Below, one piece after another: positions 39,746 through 48,634 of a stretch of DNA of 64,000 nt. The stretch's first letter is position 1; the number at the start of each line of letters is the position of its first letter. The translations under genes and the position numbers were made by a program. The DNA is from a virus: the IMG/VR virus record IMGVR_UViG_3300045988_176106; one strand, 5' to 3'. The notes under the pieces are model-generated. The model searched no databases and was not told the DNA's origin. It worked only from the letters and a program-made list of their open reading frames with translations.

Positions 39746-40300
39746 ATGTACTTTTTGCAATCAAAAACTAATCAAGCTGGTTATGGACACTATCCTAGAA
39801 TTGACGGACTAGATATCCAAGCTGGAGAACAAATTACAGCAGTAATACCGGTAAGATTCCATGACGCTCCTGTAGAAAGAACAATATTACTTGGCTCCGT
39901 AATTGATTCACCTAGTGGCGAAGAGACTAGCGGAATAGGATATTTAACTATATACAAACGTGAAGTAGATGGAGTTAAAAAATTCTCTATTGCTGCTACT
40001 AGCTGGACAGCACAATGGGACGAATGGACAAATAAAAATAGTCCACGTACAGTAGCAACTCCTGGAAACCAAAATGAATTAACATACGGAACAGAGTTTA
40101 ACGCTGGAGAGTGGCACGTACTTGTAGTTCAAGGACTAACTAAAACCAAAGGCTTACTATTAGGATCTGGACATAAGTCACGTTACGGTATAGAAGCTGA
40201 CTTTGGTGAAGGTATGATGATCATCAAAGGTACAGTTAAAGATGAAGTAATTGACAAGTATGTTAAATACATTAAGGAAAATACACTTCCACAAAAATAA
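39746..40300 (+). CDS. stand-alone LamG-like domain protein
   Basis: 184 aa. ...EWHVLVVQGLTKTKGLLLGSGHKSRYGIEADFGEGMMIIKGTVKDEVI matches the same C-terminal LamG-like pattern as the two preceding proteins. AAGGA Shine-Dalgarno-like motif. Confidence 0.5.
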   Translation: MYFLQSKTNQAGYGHYPRIDGLDIQAGEQITAVIPVRFHDAPVERTILLGSVIDSPSGEETSGIGYLTIYKREVDGVKKFSIAATSWTAQWDEWTNKNSPRTVATPGNQNELTYGTEFNAGEWHVLVVQGLTKTKGLLLGSGHKSRYGIEADFGEGMMIIKGTVKDEVIDKYVKYIKENTLPQK

Positions 40301-40379
40301 AAGATAAATTTAAACTAATGATATAAGACAGGCAAGGTGGTTTTATATCTATTTGAGGAGTTTAAGTTATCTTTTATAA

Positions 40380-40407
40380 GGGGCGCCTACTTAAAATGGG
40401 CTGCCCC
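40380..40407 (+). terminator. GC-rich hairpin between the structural island and the lysis cassette
   Basis: ggggcgcc...ggctgcccc stem with one bulge. No clear T-tract. Confidence 0.4.
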
Positions 40408-40426
40408 ATTAATAAGGAATAATACA

Positions 40427-40765
40427 ATGGCTTTATTAAATAAATATGGATATATCCTGATAGGAATAGTATTAGTTATACTAGTGTCTCTATTTGCAAT
40501 AAAATCATATGGGGATCTAAAATTTAATGATGGATATATAGCTGCACAAAAAGCATATGATGATTCAAATAATAAATTAAATGCAGCAATGAATGACATA
40601 AGATATGAAATCAGTAAAAACAATTCTTTGCAAAAAGAAGAATTTAAAAAAACTGTTGAAAAGCAGAATTATCAACTGATTGAAATCTTAAAGGGTGATT
40701 TTTATGATCAAATTTGTGTTAAACAAGAAGTAGTAGAATCACTTAACAATCGGGGCAAAAAATGA
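40427..40765 (+). CDS. i-spanin-like (Rz-like) type II membrane protein; a holin role not excluded
   Basis: ORF-track GTG start 40337 replaced by the ATG at 40427, which has an AAGGA motif and lies after the hairpin. N-terminal TM segment YILIGIVLVILVSLFAI, then a charged coiled-coil-like tail. Overlaps the following lipoprotein gene by 4 nt. Confidence 0.55.
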   Translation: MALLNKYGYILIGIVLVILVSLFAIKSYGDLKFNDGYIAAQKAYDDSNNKLNAAMNDIRYEISKNNSLQKEEFKKTVEKQNYQLIEILKGDFYDQICVKQEVVESLNNRGKK

Positions 40766-41034
40766 AAAACGTATTATTACTTTCACTACTATCTGTATGC
40801 CTATTAGGATGCAAATCATTATACAACCCTAACCTAACAAACAAAACAAAAATAGAAATACCAGAAGAAATCAGACACGGTGAATGTGAAAAAGATAGAG
40901 CATTACTAACAGGTAATACTTCTAGAGACTTAGTAAACTACGCTGCTTCACTTATTGACCATCTTGAACAGTGTAAGATAGAAAAAGCTTCACTGATTAA
41001 CCAAATTGACAAAATAAACGGTGAGTTAAAATGA
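40762..41034 (+). CDS. o-spanin-like outer-membrane lipoprotein (Rz1-like)
   Basis: Signal peptide plus lipobox MKNVLLLSLLSVCLLGC|K. Small protein adjacent to the i-spanin-like gene. Confidence 0.65.
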   Translation: MKNVLLLSLLSVCLLGCKSLYNPNLTNKTKIEIPEEIRHGECEKDRALLTGNTSRDLVNYAASLIDHLEQCKIEKASLINQIDKINGELK

Positions 41035-41456
41035 ACACAAAAACAGCAACATTAACGTCGCTTGGAAATACATTATATACATTATCTGAATCATATGTTG
41101 CTGGCTCATTACAAATCAATAGGTCTGGACACAGGATAGACGAATTAGATCCTAGTGCTGGATTATTCCTGATAGAGCCACCTATAAATCAAGATGAAGA
41201 ATTTACTATTACCTATAAAACAGGTGATGGAACAAATACAAATGTAACTAAAACTACATTTGTTGAAAATTTATCAAATTCAACTTTAACAAAGATAATT
41301 AAAATTTTGGGCGAAATAATATACGCACAAAATAGATTATCAAAAGAATTAGGTAAAAGAGTTACATATACAGAAATACATGATACTCTAGGCGATTTAC
41401 AAAGCAGGGTAAAATTGTTAGAAGAAAAAGCATCATTATACGAAAGATTAAAATGA
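41031..41456 (+). CDS. hypothetical protein within lysis cassette
   Basis: 141-aa ORF with ATGA overlaps on both sides. No TM segment. C-terminal coiled-coil-like region. Confidence 0.6.
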   Translation: MNTKTATLTSLGNTLYTLSESYVAGSLQINRSGHRIDELDPSAGLFLIEPPINQDEEFTITYKTGDGTNTNVTKTTFVENLSNSTLTKIIKILGEIIYAQNRLSKELGKRVTYTEIHDTLGDLQSRVKLLEEKASLYERLK

Positions 41457-42244
41457 GTTTAACTAAAAACAAATTAATACAACATGCATTGGGCTTAGAG
41501 ATAGATGGAGTAGTTGGTCCAAAAACAATAGCAGCAATTAAAGAACTTCAATCTAAAAATGGATTAGTAGTTGATGGTGTTGCCGGTAATAAAACAATGC
41601 TTTATGTATATGCAATAATTGCAGAGAAAGAGCATAAAGAATTAAATAGACAAGCATTTTTCAATGCACTAAAAGAGCAAAAGCTATTTTCTTCATTTAC
41701 TCAATCTCAAGTAGATGGTATCAACACTATACTAGATGTTATAAGTAAAAATACTATAACTGAACAAGCATATATGTTGGCCACTATTTATCATGAATGT
41801 GCTAGAACAATGCAGCCTATTGGTGAATATGGTAAAGGTAAAAACTACGTATACGGTAAATGGCATACACACAATGGTAAAAATGCATGCTATACAAACG
41901 GGTCAAGAACTAAAGTATATTATCAATCAGACCTAGACCACTTTTACTACGGCCGAGGATATGTTCAATTAACATGGCTGGATAATTATGAAAAAGCTAA
42001 AAAATATATTGGTCAAGACTTTGTAAATAAACCAGAGCTAGCATTAGATCCTACAAATGCTGCTAAAATTATGTTATGGGGAATGACATACGGATGGTTT
42101 ACTGGTAAAAAATTATCAGACTACATAAGTATGTTTGATGCCAATTATTCAGAAGCCAGAAGAATTATAAACGGCACAGATAAACAATTAGCTATTGCAA
42201 GTTATGCAGATAAATTTGAAACAGCTTTAAGAAAATCTAAATAA
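41453..42244 (+). CDS. endolysin: peptidoglycan-binding domain plus GH19 (chitinase-like) catalytic domain
   Basis: N terminus LGLEIDGVVGPKTIAAIKELQSKNGLVVDGVAGNKT (PG_binding_1-like repeat). Catalytic region YHECARTM...YYGRGYVQLTWLDNYEKA...DPTNAAKIMLWGM matches GH19 endolysin signatures. Confidence 0.8.
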   Translation: MSLTKNKLIQHALGLEIDGVVGPKTIAAIKELQSKNGLVVDGVAGNKTMLYVYAIIAEKEHKELNRQAFFNALKEQKLFSSFTQSQVDGINTILDVISKNTITEQAYMLATIYHECARTMQPIGEYGKGKNYVYGKWHTHNGKNACYTNGSRTKVYYQSDLDHFYYGRGYVQLTWLDNYEKAKKYIGQDFVNKPELALDPTNAAKIMLWGMTYGWFTGKKLSDYISMFDANYSEARRIINGTDKQLAIASYADKFETALRKSK

Positions 42245-42253
42245 AAAAAGAAA

Positions 42254-42277
42254 GCCTATAGCAATTAAGCTATAGGC
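42254..42277. terminator. bidirectional intrinsic terminator at the convergence point of the two arms
   Basis: gcctatagc aattaa gctataggc (9-bp stem), flanked by an A-run on the left and ccctttattta on the right. Lies between the stop at 42244 (+) and the stop at 42285 (-). Confidence 0.75.
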
Positions 42278-42284
42278 CCTTTAT

Positions 42285-42737
42285 TTATGAGATACATTCA
42301 ATAATTTTATTATAGATATCTTCTGAACTATAATTTTCATACGCATCAAGACACTCATCTAAAGACAAAGTTCTGCTATTTAGCTTATAAACAAGAAAAG
42401 AATATTTTTCATATGTCTTAATAAAATCGTTTAACAAGGATTCACCCCAAACGCGCATATTTGATTCTATCTTTCTAGAAGCCATTAATAGACTAAGATC
42501 TTTTACTGTAGTGATACCAACAGAGTCAATAACACCTTCAATGTCTTTTGAATTAAATAATATCTTTATTAAAAATTTAAAAAACTCAAATTCATTATTT
42601 TCAATTAGTAAACCGCTATTATACAGTCTTTCTATATTCTCAGATTGACCAGTGTCAATATCTGATAAAACATCTTTGGATATCAATACAAAGAATTTAT
42701 TAATCCCGTCCTCTATATCCGAACGTACATAATGCAT
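42285..42737 (-). CDS. hypothetical acidic protein (last gene of the minus-strand arm)
   Basis: 150-aa ORF with an AGGTG Shine-Dalgarno motif. Preceded by a 119-nt intergenic region. Confidence 0.65.
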   Translation of the reverse strand: MHYVRSDIEDGINKFFVLISKDVLSDIDTGQSENIERLYNSGLLIENNEFEFFKFLIKILFNSKDIEGVIDSVGITTVKDLSLLMASRKIESNMRVWGESLLNDFIKTYEKYSFLVYKLNSRTLSLDECLDAYENYSSEDIYNKIIECIS

Positions 42738-42856
42738 AAAGACACCTATAAATTAAAATTATTTATTATTCTTAAATAGCATTGACATGCCTGGGAGCCA
42801 TGATATAAATCCGGCCATTTTTATAAAAGTAATTTTCTGGATATCCATATTAAATC

Positions 42857-43756
42857 CTATAAATCATTAGTATCTCTAAACCCTAAAAATATTGGAAACC
42901 TTGGAGCATCTTTAACTCCCACTTCAAAACACTTAAATTTAACAAGCTTACCAATATAAGATTCTTTATTGTTCCATATTTCTAAACGCTCTTCATGAGT
43001 AAACCCAGAACCAATATTGAATTCAATATCATTGAATTTACATATTAAAGATCCAAGTCTACCATTTGGAACTAATCCATCTTTAGAAGAAGATCTTTCA
43101 GTATGGCCAAGTTCATTCTTTTTAGCTTCATTAAGATTCTTATATTCTTCAACAAATCCTATTATTGTAGCTTCATAATCGCTAAATCTTTTGAGTTTAA
43201 GGATTATCCCTTCTTTTAAGGTAGATCTCCCTAATTTATATTTACCATTAGAATCTCTAATCATTATACCTTCATAACCAGCATTAAGACAATACTCTTC
43301 ATATTCAAGTATATCATTATTGTTATTACAAATCTTGTATTCAAGATTTTCAAAAAGAGGGTCATCAAAAGCTGGTATAGATTTTAATCTATCTATATAA
43401 GGTTTATCAAGATTATTTATATCTAAAATGTCAAATACGTTTATTACAAATTTATGAGAATCATCTTCTTCTTTGTCAAATGAATTAACATAAGATGTAG
43501 TTATCCTATAGACATTTGGATCAGTTTTATCAACTACAGTTATTTCGCCATCAAAATTAATATTTTTATATTTAGAATTTGAAAATTTATTTATAAGAGC
43601 TTTATTCCGTATAGGTTTCATAGATCGACTATATAAAGTACCATCTAAAGCTAAAACTCTTACACCATCTATTTTGGGACTACAAATAACAGGATAATTT
43701 AAATTATCTAAATGCTTTTCTTCTACAGGAGATGCGAGCATAGGTTTAATAATCAA
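42857..43756 (-). CDS. ATP-dependent DNA ligase
   Basis: Adenylation motif I CSPKIDGVRV (KxDG), plus EGIMIR and later motifs. Size is typical of compact phage ligases. The start is either TTG at 43756 or ATG at 43741. Confidence 0.85.
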   Translation of the reverse strand: MIIKPMLASPVEEKHLDNLNYPVICSPKIDGVRVLALDGTLYSRSMKPIRNKALINKFSNSKYKNINFDGEITVVDKTDPNVYRITTSYVNSFDKEEDDSHKFVINVFDILDINNLDKPYIDRLKSIPAFDDPLFENLEYKICNNNNDILEYEEYCLNAGYEGIMIRDSNGKYKLGRSTLKEGIILKLKRFSDYEATIIGFVEEYKNLNEAKKNELGHTERSSSKDGLVPNGRLGSLICKFNDIEFNIGSGFTHEERLEIWNNKESYIGKLVKFKCFEVGVKDAPRFPIFLGFRDTNDL

Positions 43757-43758
43757 AT

Positions 43759-44256
43759 TTATTTACCTTTAAGAGAATTAATAACTTCCATTACAACTCT
43801 AGAATCAAACTGGCCATCATAATTAGCTTTCATGTGCGCCATGATTTGTCCTATTGATTTCTTATCATTTAAATCTAAACCAGATGCCTCAGAAAAACTT
43901 ATTACAACATTATATATCTCATCATTAGACATTTGTTTAGGAAGAAGAGAAGATACAAATTCTATTTCATGCTCAGTCTTATTTATAAAAGTTAAAGCTT
44001 TATCAGATTCAGATTCTTCTGTATTATTAATTCTATCAGAAAAATCAATAAGAGTTTTAGTTAAACTTTTATAGAATGATTGTAAAGCATCCAAAACAAC
44101 TTTAGATTCAAAATCTTTATCTGTATTATTATGAAGTTTACCATCATTTTCTATTTTAGAAATAATAAGTGCAAGAATATTTTCTTCTACTTTATTCTTC
44201 TTTTTAAATGATTCTACTTTAAGTAATTTAAGTTGTTCTAAACTATATTCTTTCAT
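43759..44256 (-). CDS. GatB/YqeY-domain-like protein
   Basis: 165 aa. The C-terminal pattern LPKQMSNDEIYNVVISFSEASGLDLNDKKSIGQIMAHMKANYDGQFDSRVVMEVINSLK resembles the YqeY family. Confidence 0.5.
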   Translation of the reverse strand: MKEYSLEQLKLLKVESFKKKNKVEENILALIISKIENDGKLHNNTDKDFESKVVLDALQSFYKSLTKTLIDFSDRINNTEESESDKALTFINKTEHEIEFVSSLLPKQMSNDEIYNVVISFSEASGLDLNDKKSIGQIMAHMKANYDGQFDSRVVMEVINSLKGK

Positions 44257-44277
44257 ATAAAACCCTTAAAATAAAAA

Positions 44278-44299
44278 AGAGGACTATAAAGTCCTCTTA
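44278..44299 (-). terminator. intrinsic terminator after gene 44284..44898
   Basis: Minus strand reads AAGAGGAC UUUAUA GUCCUCUU followed by UUUUUAUUUU. The stem overlaps the stop codon. Confidence 0.7.
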
Positions 44300-44898
44300 T
44301 TCTTTAATGCAATAGAGATAAGTTCAATACCATCTCTATTAAGCTTTATATCACTATCCGCTATATATATCTTTTTATCATCTTTTAAAATTATATCTAC
44401 TATATCAATATAAGTATTATATTCACTTTTAGCATTTTTAGACCGCATAAATTCCAATACTTCTTTTTGAAAGCAATATGGAATAGATGAGCCGAAAAAG
44501 GTAGAGAACTTTATTCCGTAAGATATATCATATTTATCAAGTGATATACGGATAAATTTATAAAAGGTCCTACTCATTATTTCAGACCAATTATCATTTA
44601 TCAAATTTCTTATGTATTCGTTTTTATAATATCCTGATCTAGAAAGCATATGATTTAGAACAGGATCTTTTTTATCGCTTTGTAAAAGCGAGAGGCATAA
44701 ATCTTTATTATTATATATTTTAAATAAATATTCAGTGCCTCTCAAATAGTTGCCATCTTTAACTAGATGATCCAATTTTAATCCAGAGTATAGGGTAGCT
44801 ATTCCATAATCTCTGGACAATTTAGAACCAGTAAACTTGGCCAGTTTTTTAATATTTTGATATCTTAGTTTACTAGTTAAATATTTTCCTTTAGCCAT
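44284..44898 (-). CDS. hypothetical protein, possibly a divergent sigma-like factor
   Basis: 204 aa. The segment GIKFSTFFGSSIPYCFQKEVLEFMR resembles sigma-70 region 2.2-2.3 (FSTYA..WIR). The resemblance is weak. Confidence 0.3.
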   Translation of the reverse strand: MAKGKYLTSKLRYQNIKKLAKFTGSKLSRDYGIATLYSGLKLDHLVKDGNYLRGTEYLFKIYNNKDLCLSLLQSDKKDPVLNHMLSRSGYYKNEYIRNLINDNWSEIMSRTFYKFIRISLDKYDISYGIKFSTFFGSSIPYCFQKEVLEFMRSKNAKSEYNTYIDIVDIILKDDKKIYIADSDIKLNRDGIELISIALKNKRTL

Positions 44899-45074
44899 TT
44901 TGTAATCTATAGGAAGGATATTGCTTATTAAATCTTTTTTCTTTTTGAGTTATAAAATCAAGAAGAAAGTTTATTATTCTTTTAGCGACAATAAGCATTG
45001 CTTGAAACGTTAAGATACCTAAAAATTTTGAAACAGAAACCATAAAAATAAAACGAAATACTTCAATTTTAATA

Positions 45075-45332
45075 CTATTCTATTTTACTCTCATCAATGT
45101 GAAGTATGTAGCCATCATGAGAGTCCGGACTAAGAATTGGCTCTATAGTAAACGTTGCGCCGCAACTATGAGAAATTCCATGAATAAAGTTTAATTCATG
45201 GATATCATTCCATACTAATGATAATGACCACTCTAATGGTGTACCACAAAGGTGACATGACGTCATTAAAGCTGATTCTATTGAATCAAATTCCATACCG
45301 TCTTCAGCTTCTATACAATTACTTAATAACAT
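45075..45332 (-). CDS. small Cys/His-containing hypothetical protein
   Basis: 85-aa ORF with CHLCG...HGISHSCG, a possible zinc-binding arrangement. Confidence 0.55.
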   Translation of the reverse strand: MLLSNCIEAEDGMEFDSIESALMTSCHLCGTPLEWSLSLVWNDIHELNFIHGISHSCGATFTIEPILSPDSHDGYILHIDESKIE

Positions 45333-45334
45333 AT

Positions 45335-45889
45335 TTAATCCTGAAGGTCTTTTAAATAAGGTCTATAAATAACCTTAAGAAAACCTGCAAATCGTTCATC
45401 AAAAGTATTTTTAATAATAAATGTTTTATCATTATCTTCCGGAACGAAAGATTCTGAAATATGAGATGATAATTCAATATCTTTAAAGTTTTTATCAGTT
45501 GCAATATTTATTATTATACCACCATTATTTACAATGGCGTCATACTCATTTTTAAATCTAACATCCGGAACAATAATTATATCAGATTTAGATTTATTAA
45601 CCTTCATCATGAAGATATCAACCCATAAGGAATCAGAAACAGAGTTTCTTCCCCATTCTGTTCCAAGAGTTTGCATAAGCTTTCTTAAGGAAACTCCTAA
45701 TTCTGGAATAATATCTTCTTTTGTCCCAGACTTATAAATATGATCAACATCCACTATTGCTTTAAGCATATCTCTTACAGCATCACCAAAGGATATAATT
45801 TCAGCATTTGGATATTCAGATTTAATTATATCTGCGGCATAGTTTTTACCACTATGGGCTTTGCCACAAAAGCCGATTATTTTCTTCAT
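45335..45889 (-). CDS. deoxynucleoside monophosphate kinase-like P-loop kinase
   Basis: P-loop GFCGKAHSGKN and IIIVPDVRFKNEYDAI, typical of phage dNMP kinases. Confidence 0.65.
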   Translation of the reverse strand: MKKIIGFCGKAHSGKNYAADIIKSEYPNAEIISFGDAVRDMLKAIVDVDHIYKSGTKEDIIPELGVSLRKLMQTLGTEWGRNSVSDSLWVDIFMMKVNKSKSDIIIVPDVRFKNEYDAIVNNGGIIINIATDKNFKDIELSSHISESFVPEDNDKTFIIKNTFDERFAGFLKVIYRPYLKDLQD

Positions 45890-46074
45890 ATTTTGTTTCC
45901 ATTAACTGCAACTATATTTACAAAACCCCATGTATCATCTACATCGATTGTTATATCTATAGTACCTACAGAAGAAGCAATAGCTTCTTGCTGCTCATCA
46001 TTAAAATTTAAAGAAAAGTGAGAGAGTTTTTCTCTCCCACTTTCATTGAGTGAATATTTCAAATCAATTAACAT
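45886..46074 (-). CDS. hypothetical small protein
   Basis: 62-aa ORF with an ATGA overlap to the downstream gene. Confidence 0.5.
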   Translation of the reverse strand: MLIDLKYSLNESGREKLSHFSLNFNDEQQEAIASSVGTIDITIDVDDTWGFVNIVAVNGNKI

Positions 46075-46082
46075 ATTTATTT

Positions 46083-46304
46083 TTATAAGGTAAGATAATC
46101 TAAAGCCTTATTAATGCCAAGCATAATGAAATCTCTGGCAGTCTCAGGCTGAGGTTCAATAGGAGCGGGCTCAACATAAGTATCTTCTGGCGGAATGCGT
46201 CCATATTTTTCCATAAACCTTTCATTTCTCCAAACTCTATTATTAACTTCGGCAAGACTTTGCCCAATAGAGGCATTAACAATATCTTTTATGCTTATAA
46301 TCAT
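46083..46304 (-). CDS. hypothetical small protein
   Basis: 73-aa ORF overlapping the nrdA stop by 4 nt. An alternative-frame 60-aa ORF (46100..46282) is less likely. Confidence 0.5.
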   Translation of the reverse strand: MIISIKDIVNASIGQSLAEVNNRVWRNERFMEKYGRIPPEDTYVEPAPIEPQPETARDFIMLGINKALDYLTL

Positions 46305-48634
46305 AAGCTACAACTCTCACAATGTTCTTCTTCTTGAGAAGCGACAGGTTCAACTACCTCTGCCTTTGTTTGAGAATCGCCATTATACAATGATACATCC
46401 ATTGTATCTTGGTTATTATTATAATAAAGTGTCTTTAGACCATAAGCATAGGCAAGGTATAGTTCATTAATAATAGATGTAACTGGAACCTTGTCATTTG
46501 AAAAATTCTTTCTATTAGTATAAGTATTAGCAGATATGGCTTGGTCGGTATATTTTTGCAAAACAGCAACTGTTTTTATATAACCTTCATTATTTTTCCA
46601 ATCCCATACTATATCATACTTATCTTTTAATCTTATTAATTCAGGAACTGTAAATTTAGCAACAGTCTCTTTACCGCCCTTGCTTTGAATTAAAGCTCTA
46701 ACGGGTTCAATACCATTTGTTGTACCTGATCCAGAAATTTTAGCAGAAGTTTCAGCAGGGAACAATGCAATCATAGATGCATTTCTTACACCATATTTTT
46801 TAACTTCATTTCTTATTTCATCCCAATCATAATATTCTTTATGAGGGATTATATCTTCTAGCGCGGGTTTACGAATATCTAAAGGCAATATACCTTCTGC
46901 CCATTTTGTATCCATCCACCCTTCACATGGACCACGTTTTTTAGCTAATTCAATAGAGGCTTTAATAACTGCATGAGAATATGTCTGCATCCAATAATCA
47001 GTTAATTCATAATTATTATTATAGCTTAGATTATTTTTAGCAAGCCAATATGCGAACCCAGTTATACCAAGACCAATAGGTCTAAATAGATTATTATGCC
47101 GCTTAGCAGCACCAAACGGATGTTCTTGGTAACTTAATATATTATCAATGGCATTCATCATTACATCTGCAATATCATAAAAATCATCAGGACTATTAAC
47201 TGCGCCCCAATTAATACCACCAAGATTACATAATGCTATAAGACCATCAATATCGTATTTTTCTGTAGTGCTATCATATTTGAATTCTAAATCAGCAGTA
47301 GGTAATGCAATTTCCATACATAAATTACTAGAGAATATAGGATGCTTATCTTCATTATAAGTAGACTTCTCATTAAGAGTATCAGCAAATCCTATATAAA
47401 CTCTTCCAGTACCAATACGTTCAGCAACAAGAAGTTCAATATATCTAGATGACGGAACAGCAATTTTATTTATTTTAGGATCAGCTACACAGCGATTATA
47501 TTCTTTAGCAAATTCAGATAGCTTAGAAGAATAAAAAAGTTTCCAAAGTTTAGGAACTTCTGGCGGATCAAATAAATAAATATCTTCATTATTACGAATT
47601 TTATGAAGAATAAATCCATTAATCCAGATAGCATGATCACTATGTTTCATAGAGTCAGCATCAGGTCTAGCACTATTTTTATAACTTACAGTATCAAGAA
47701 AATCTTTATGTAATCCATGCCAATGAAAAGTTATGCTACCTTTACGAACACCACCTTGAGAACAAGACAAAGCAGCACGTTCTATCGATTGAGCATGATA
47801 CAATGCACCAGTATTGATAGCAGCACCATTTCTTATTGGGGATAACTTACCTCTAAGATCGCCGGTATGAATACCTAATCCAGCTCCAAGAGTAGCATAT
47901 CTACGCGCAGCCATATCGACCGCAGAGATCGAATCAATCGAATCCCCTGTCTTGATAACAACACAGCTACTGAACGCTCTTGTAGGCGTTCTGAGCCTAG
48001 CTAAATGAGGCGTAGGAATATTCCACACACCTTCGGATAAATATTTATATGCCTTTGCGACATATTGAAGTCTTTCCTCTTTAGAGTATAACTTATTCTC
48101 ATTGAGGAAATACATCATTGCGACACACATATATGATATTTGAGGAGTTTCAAAATAAGTACCTGTTGCACGATTCTGAACAAGATATTTCTTTTCCCAT
48201 TCAAGTGCACCAGAGATACTGAAATTGAAATCTCTATCATGATCAATAAGTGTATCTAAATACTCAATTTCTTCTTCAGTATAATTAGCCAAAAGATCCT
48301 CAGTATACATACCAAGATATGTATTTTCTTTTATTATAGAAAGAAGACTATCAGGTGTAAAATCACCATAGGCTTTTTTACGAAGATCAGACATTAAAAT
48401 TCTTCCCGCAACTATAGCATAGTCAGGATTATTTTCAGAAATTAGGGACTCGGCTGAGTCTCTTAATGCCTTATTAATATTATCAGTAGTAATACCATCA
48501 TAAATAAGAAGGTCAGAATTCATTGCAATATCAGACATTGATGCATCTAACCCATCGCAAACAAATTCTAAAAATTTATTTATTTTTTCGGGATTATATT
48601 CTACTTTTAAACCATTACGTTTTACTACAATCAT
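46301..48634 (-). CDS. nrdA: ribonucleoside-diphosphate reductase, class I alpha subunit
   Basis: 777 aa. N-terminal ATP-cone-like VVKRNGLKVEYNPEKI, active-site NLCMEIALP, and a C-terminal redox pair CESCSL. Confidence 0.95.
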   Translation of the reverse strand: MIVVKRNGLKVEYNPEKINKFLEFVCDGLDASMSDIAMNSDLLIYDGITTDNINKALRDSAESLISENNPDYAIVAGRILMSDLRKKAYGDFTPDSLLSIIKENTYLGMYTEDLLANYTEEEIEYLDTLIDHDRDFNFSISGALEWEKKYLVQNRATGTYFETPQISYMCVAMMYFLNENKLYSKEERLQYVAKAYKYLSEGVWNIPTPHLARLRTPTRAFSSCVVIKTGDSIDSISAVDMAARRYATLGAGLGIHTGDLRGKLSPIRNGAAINTGALYHAQSIERAALSCSQGGVRKGSITFHWHGLHKDFLDTVSYKNSARPDADSMKHSDHAIWINGFILHKIRNNEDIYLFDPPEVPKLWKLFYSSKLSEFAKEYNRCVADPKINKIAVPSSRYIELLVAERIGTGRVYIGFADTLNEKSTYNEDKHPIFSSNLCMEIALPTADLEFKYDSTTEKYDIDGLIALCNLGGINWGAVNSPDDFYDIADVMMNAIDNILSYQEHPFGAAKRHNNLFRPIGLGITGFAYWLAKNNLSYNNNYELTDYWMQTYSHAVIKASIELAKKRGPCEGWMDTKWAEGILPLDIRKPALEDIIPHKEYYDWDEIRNEVKKYGVRNASMIALFPAETSAKISGSGTTNGIEPVRALIQSKGGKETVAKFTVPELIRLKDKYDIVWDWKNNEGYIKTVAVLQKYTDQAISANTYTNRKNFSNDKVPVTSIINELYLAYAYGLKTLYYNNNQDTMDVSLYNGDSQTKAEVVEPVASQEEEHCESCSL

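Noticed and set aside
33551-40300. Diversity-generating retroelement targeting the LamG-like modules
   Set aside because: The window contains no reverse transcriptase ORF and no near-identical template/variable repeat pair. The repeated strings are proline-linker codons only.
40337-40426. GTG-initiated extension of the i-spanin-like ORF
   Set aside because: The extension spans a GC-rich hairpin. The internal ATG at 40427 has an AAGGA motif and begins directly with the TM-containing sequence.
42782-42809. Plus-strand sigma-70-like promoter TTGACA-16 nt-TATAAA in the ligase/ORF42285 intergenic region
   Set aside because: It points antisense into the ligase gene with no plus-strand ORF downstream. 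It is a single occurrence, and -10-like hexamers are common in this AT-rich DNA. An antisense RNA cannot be excluded.
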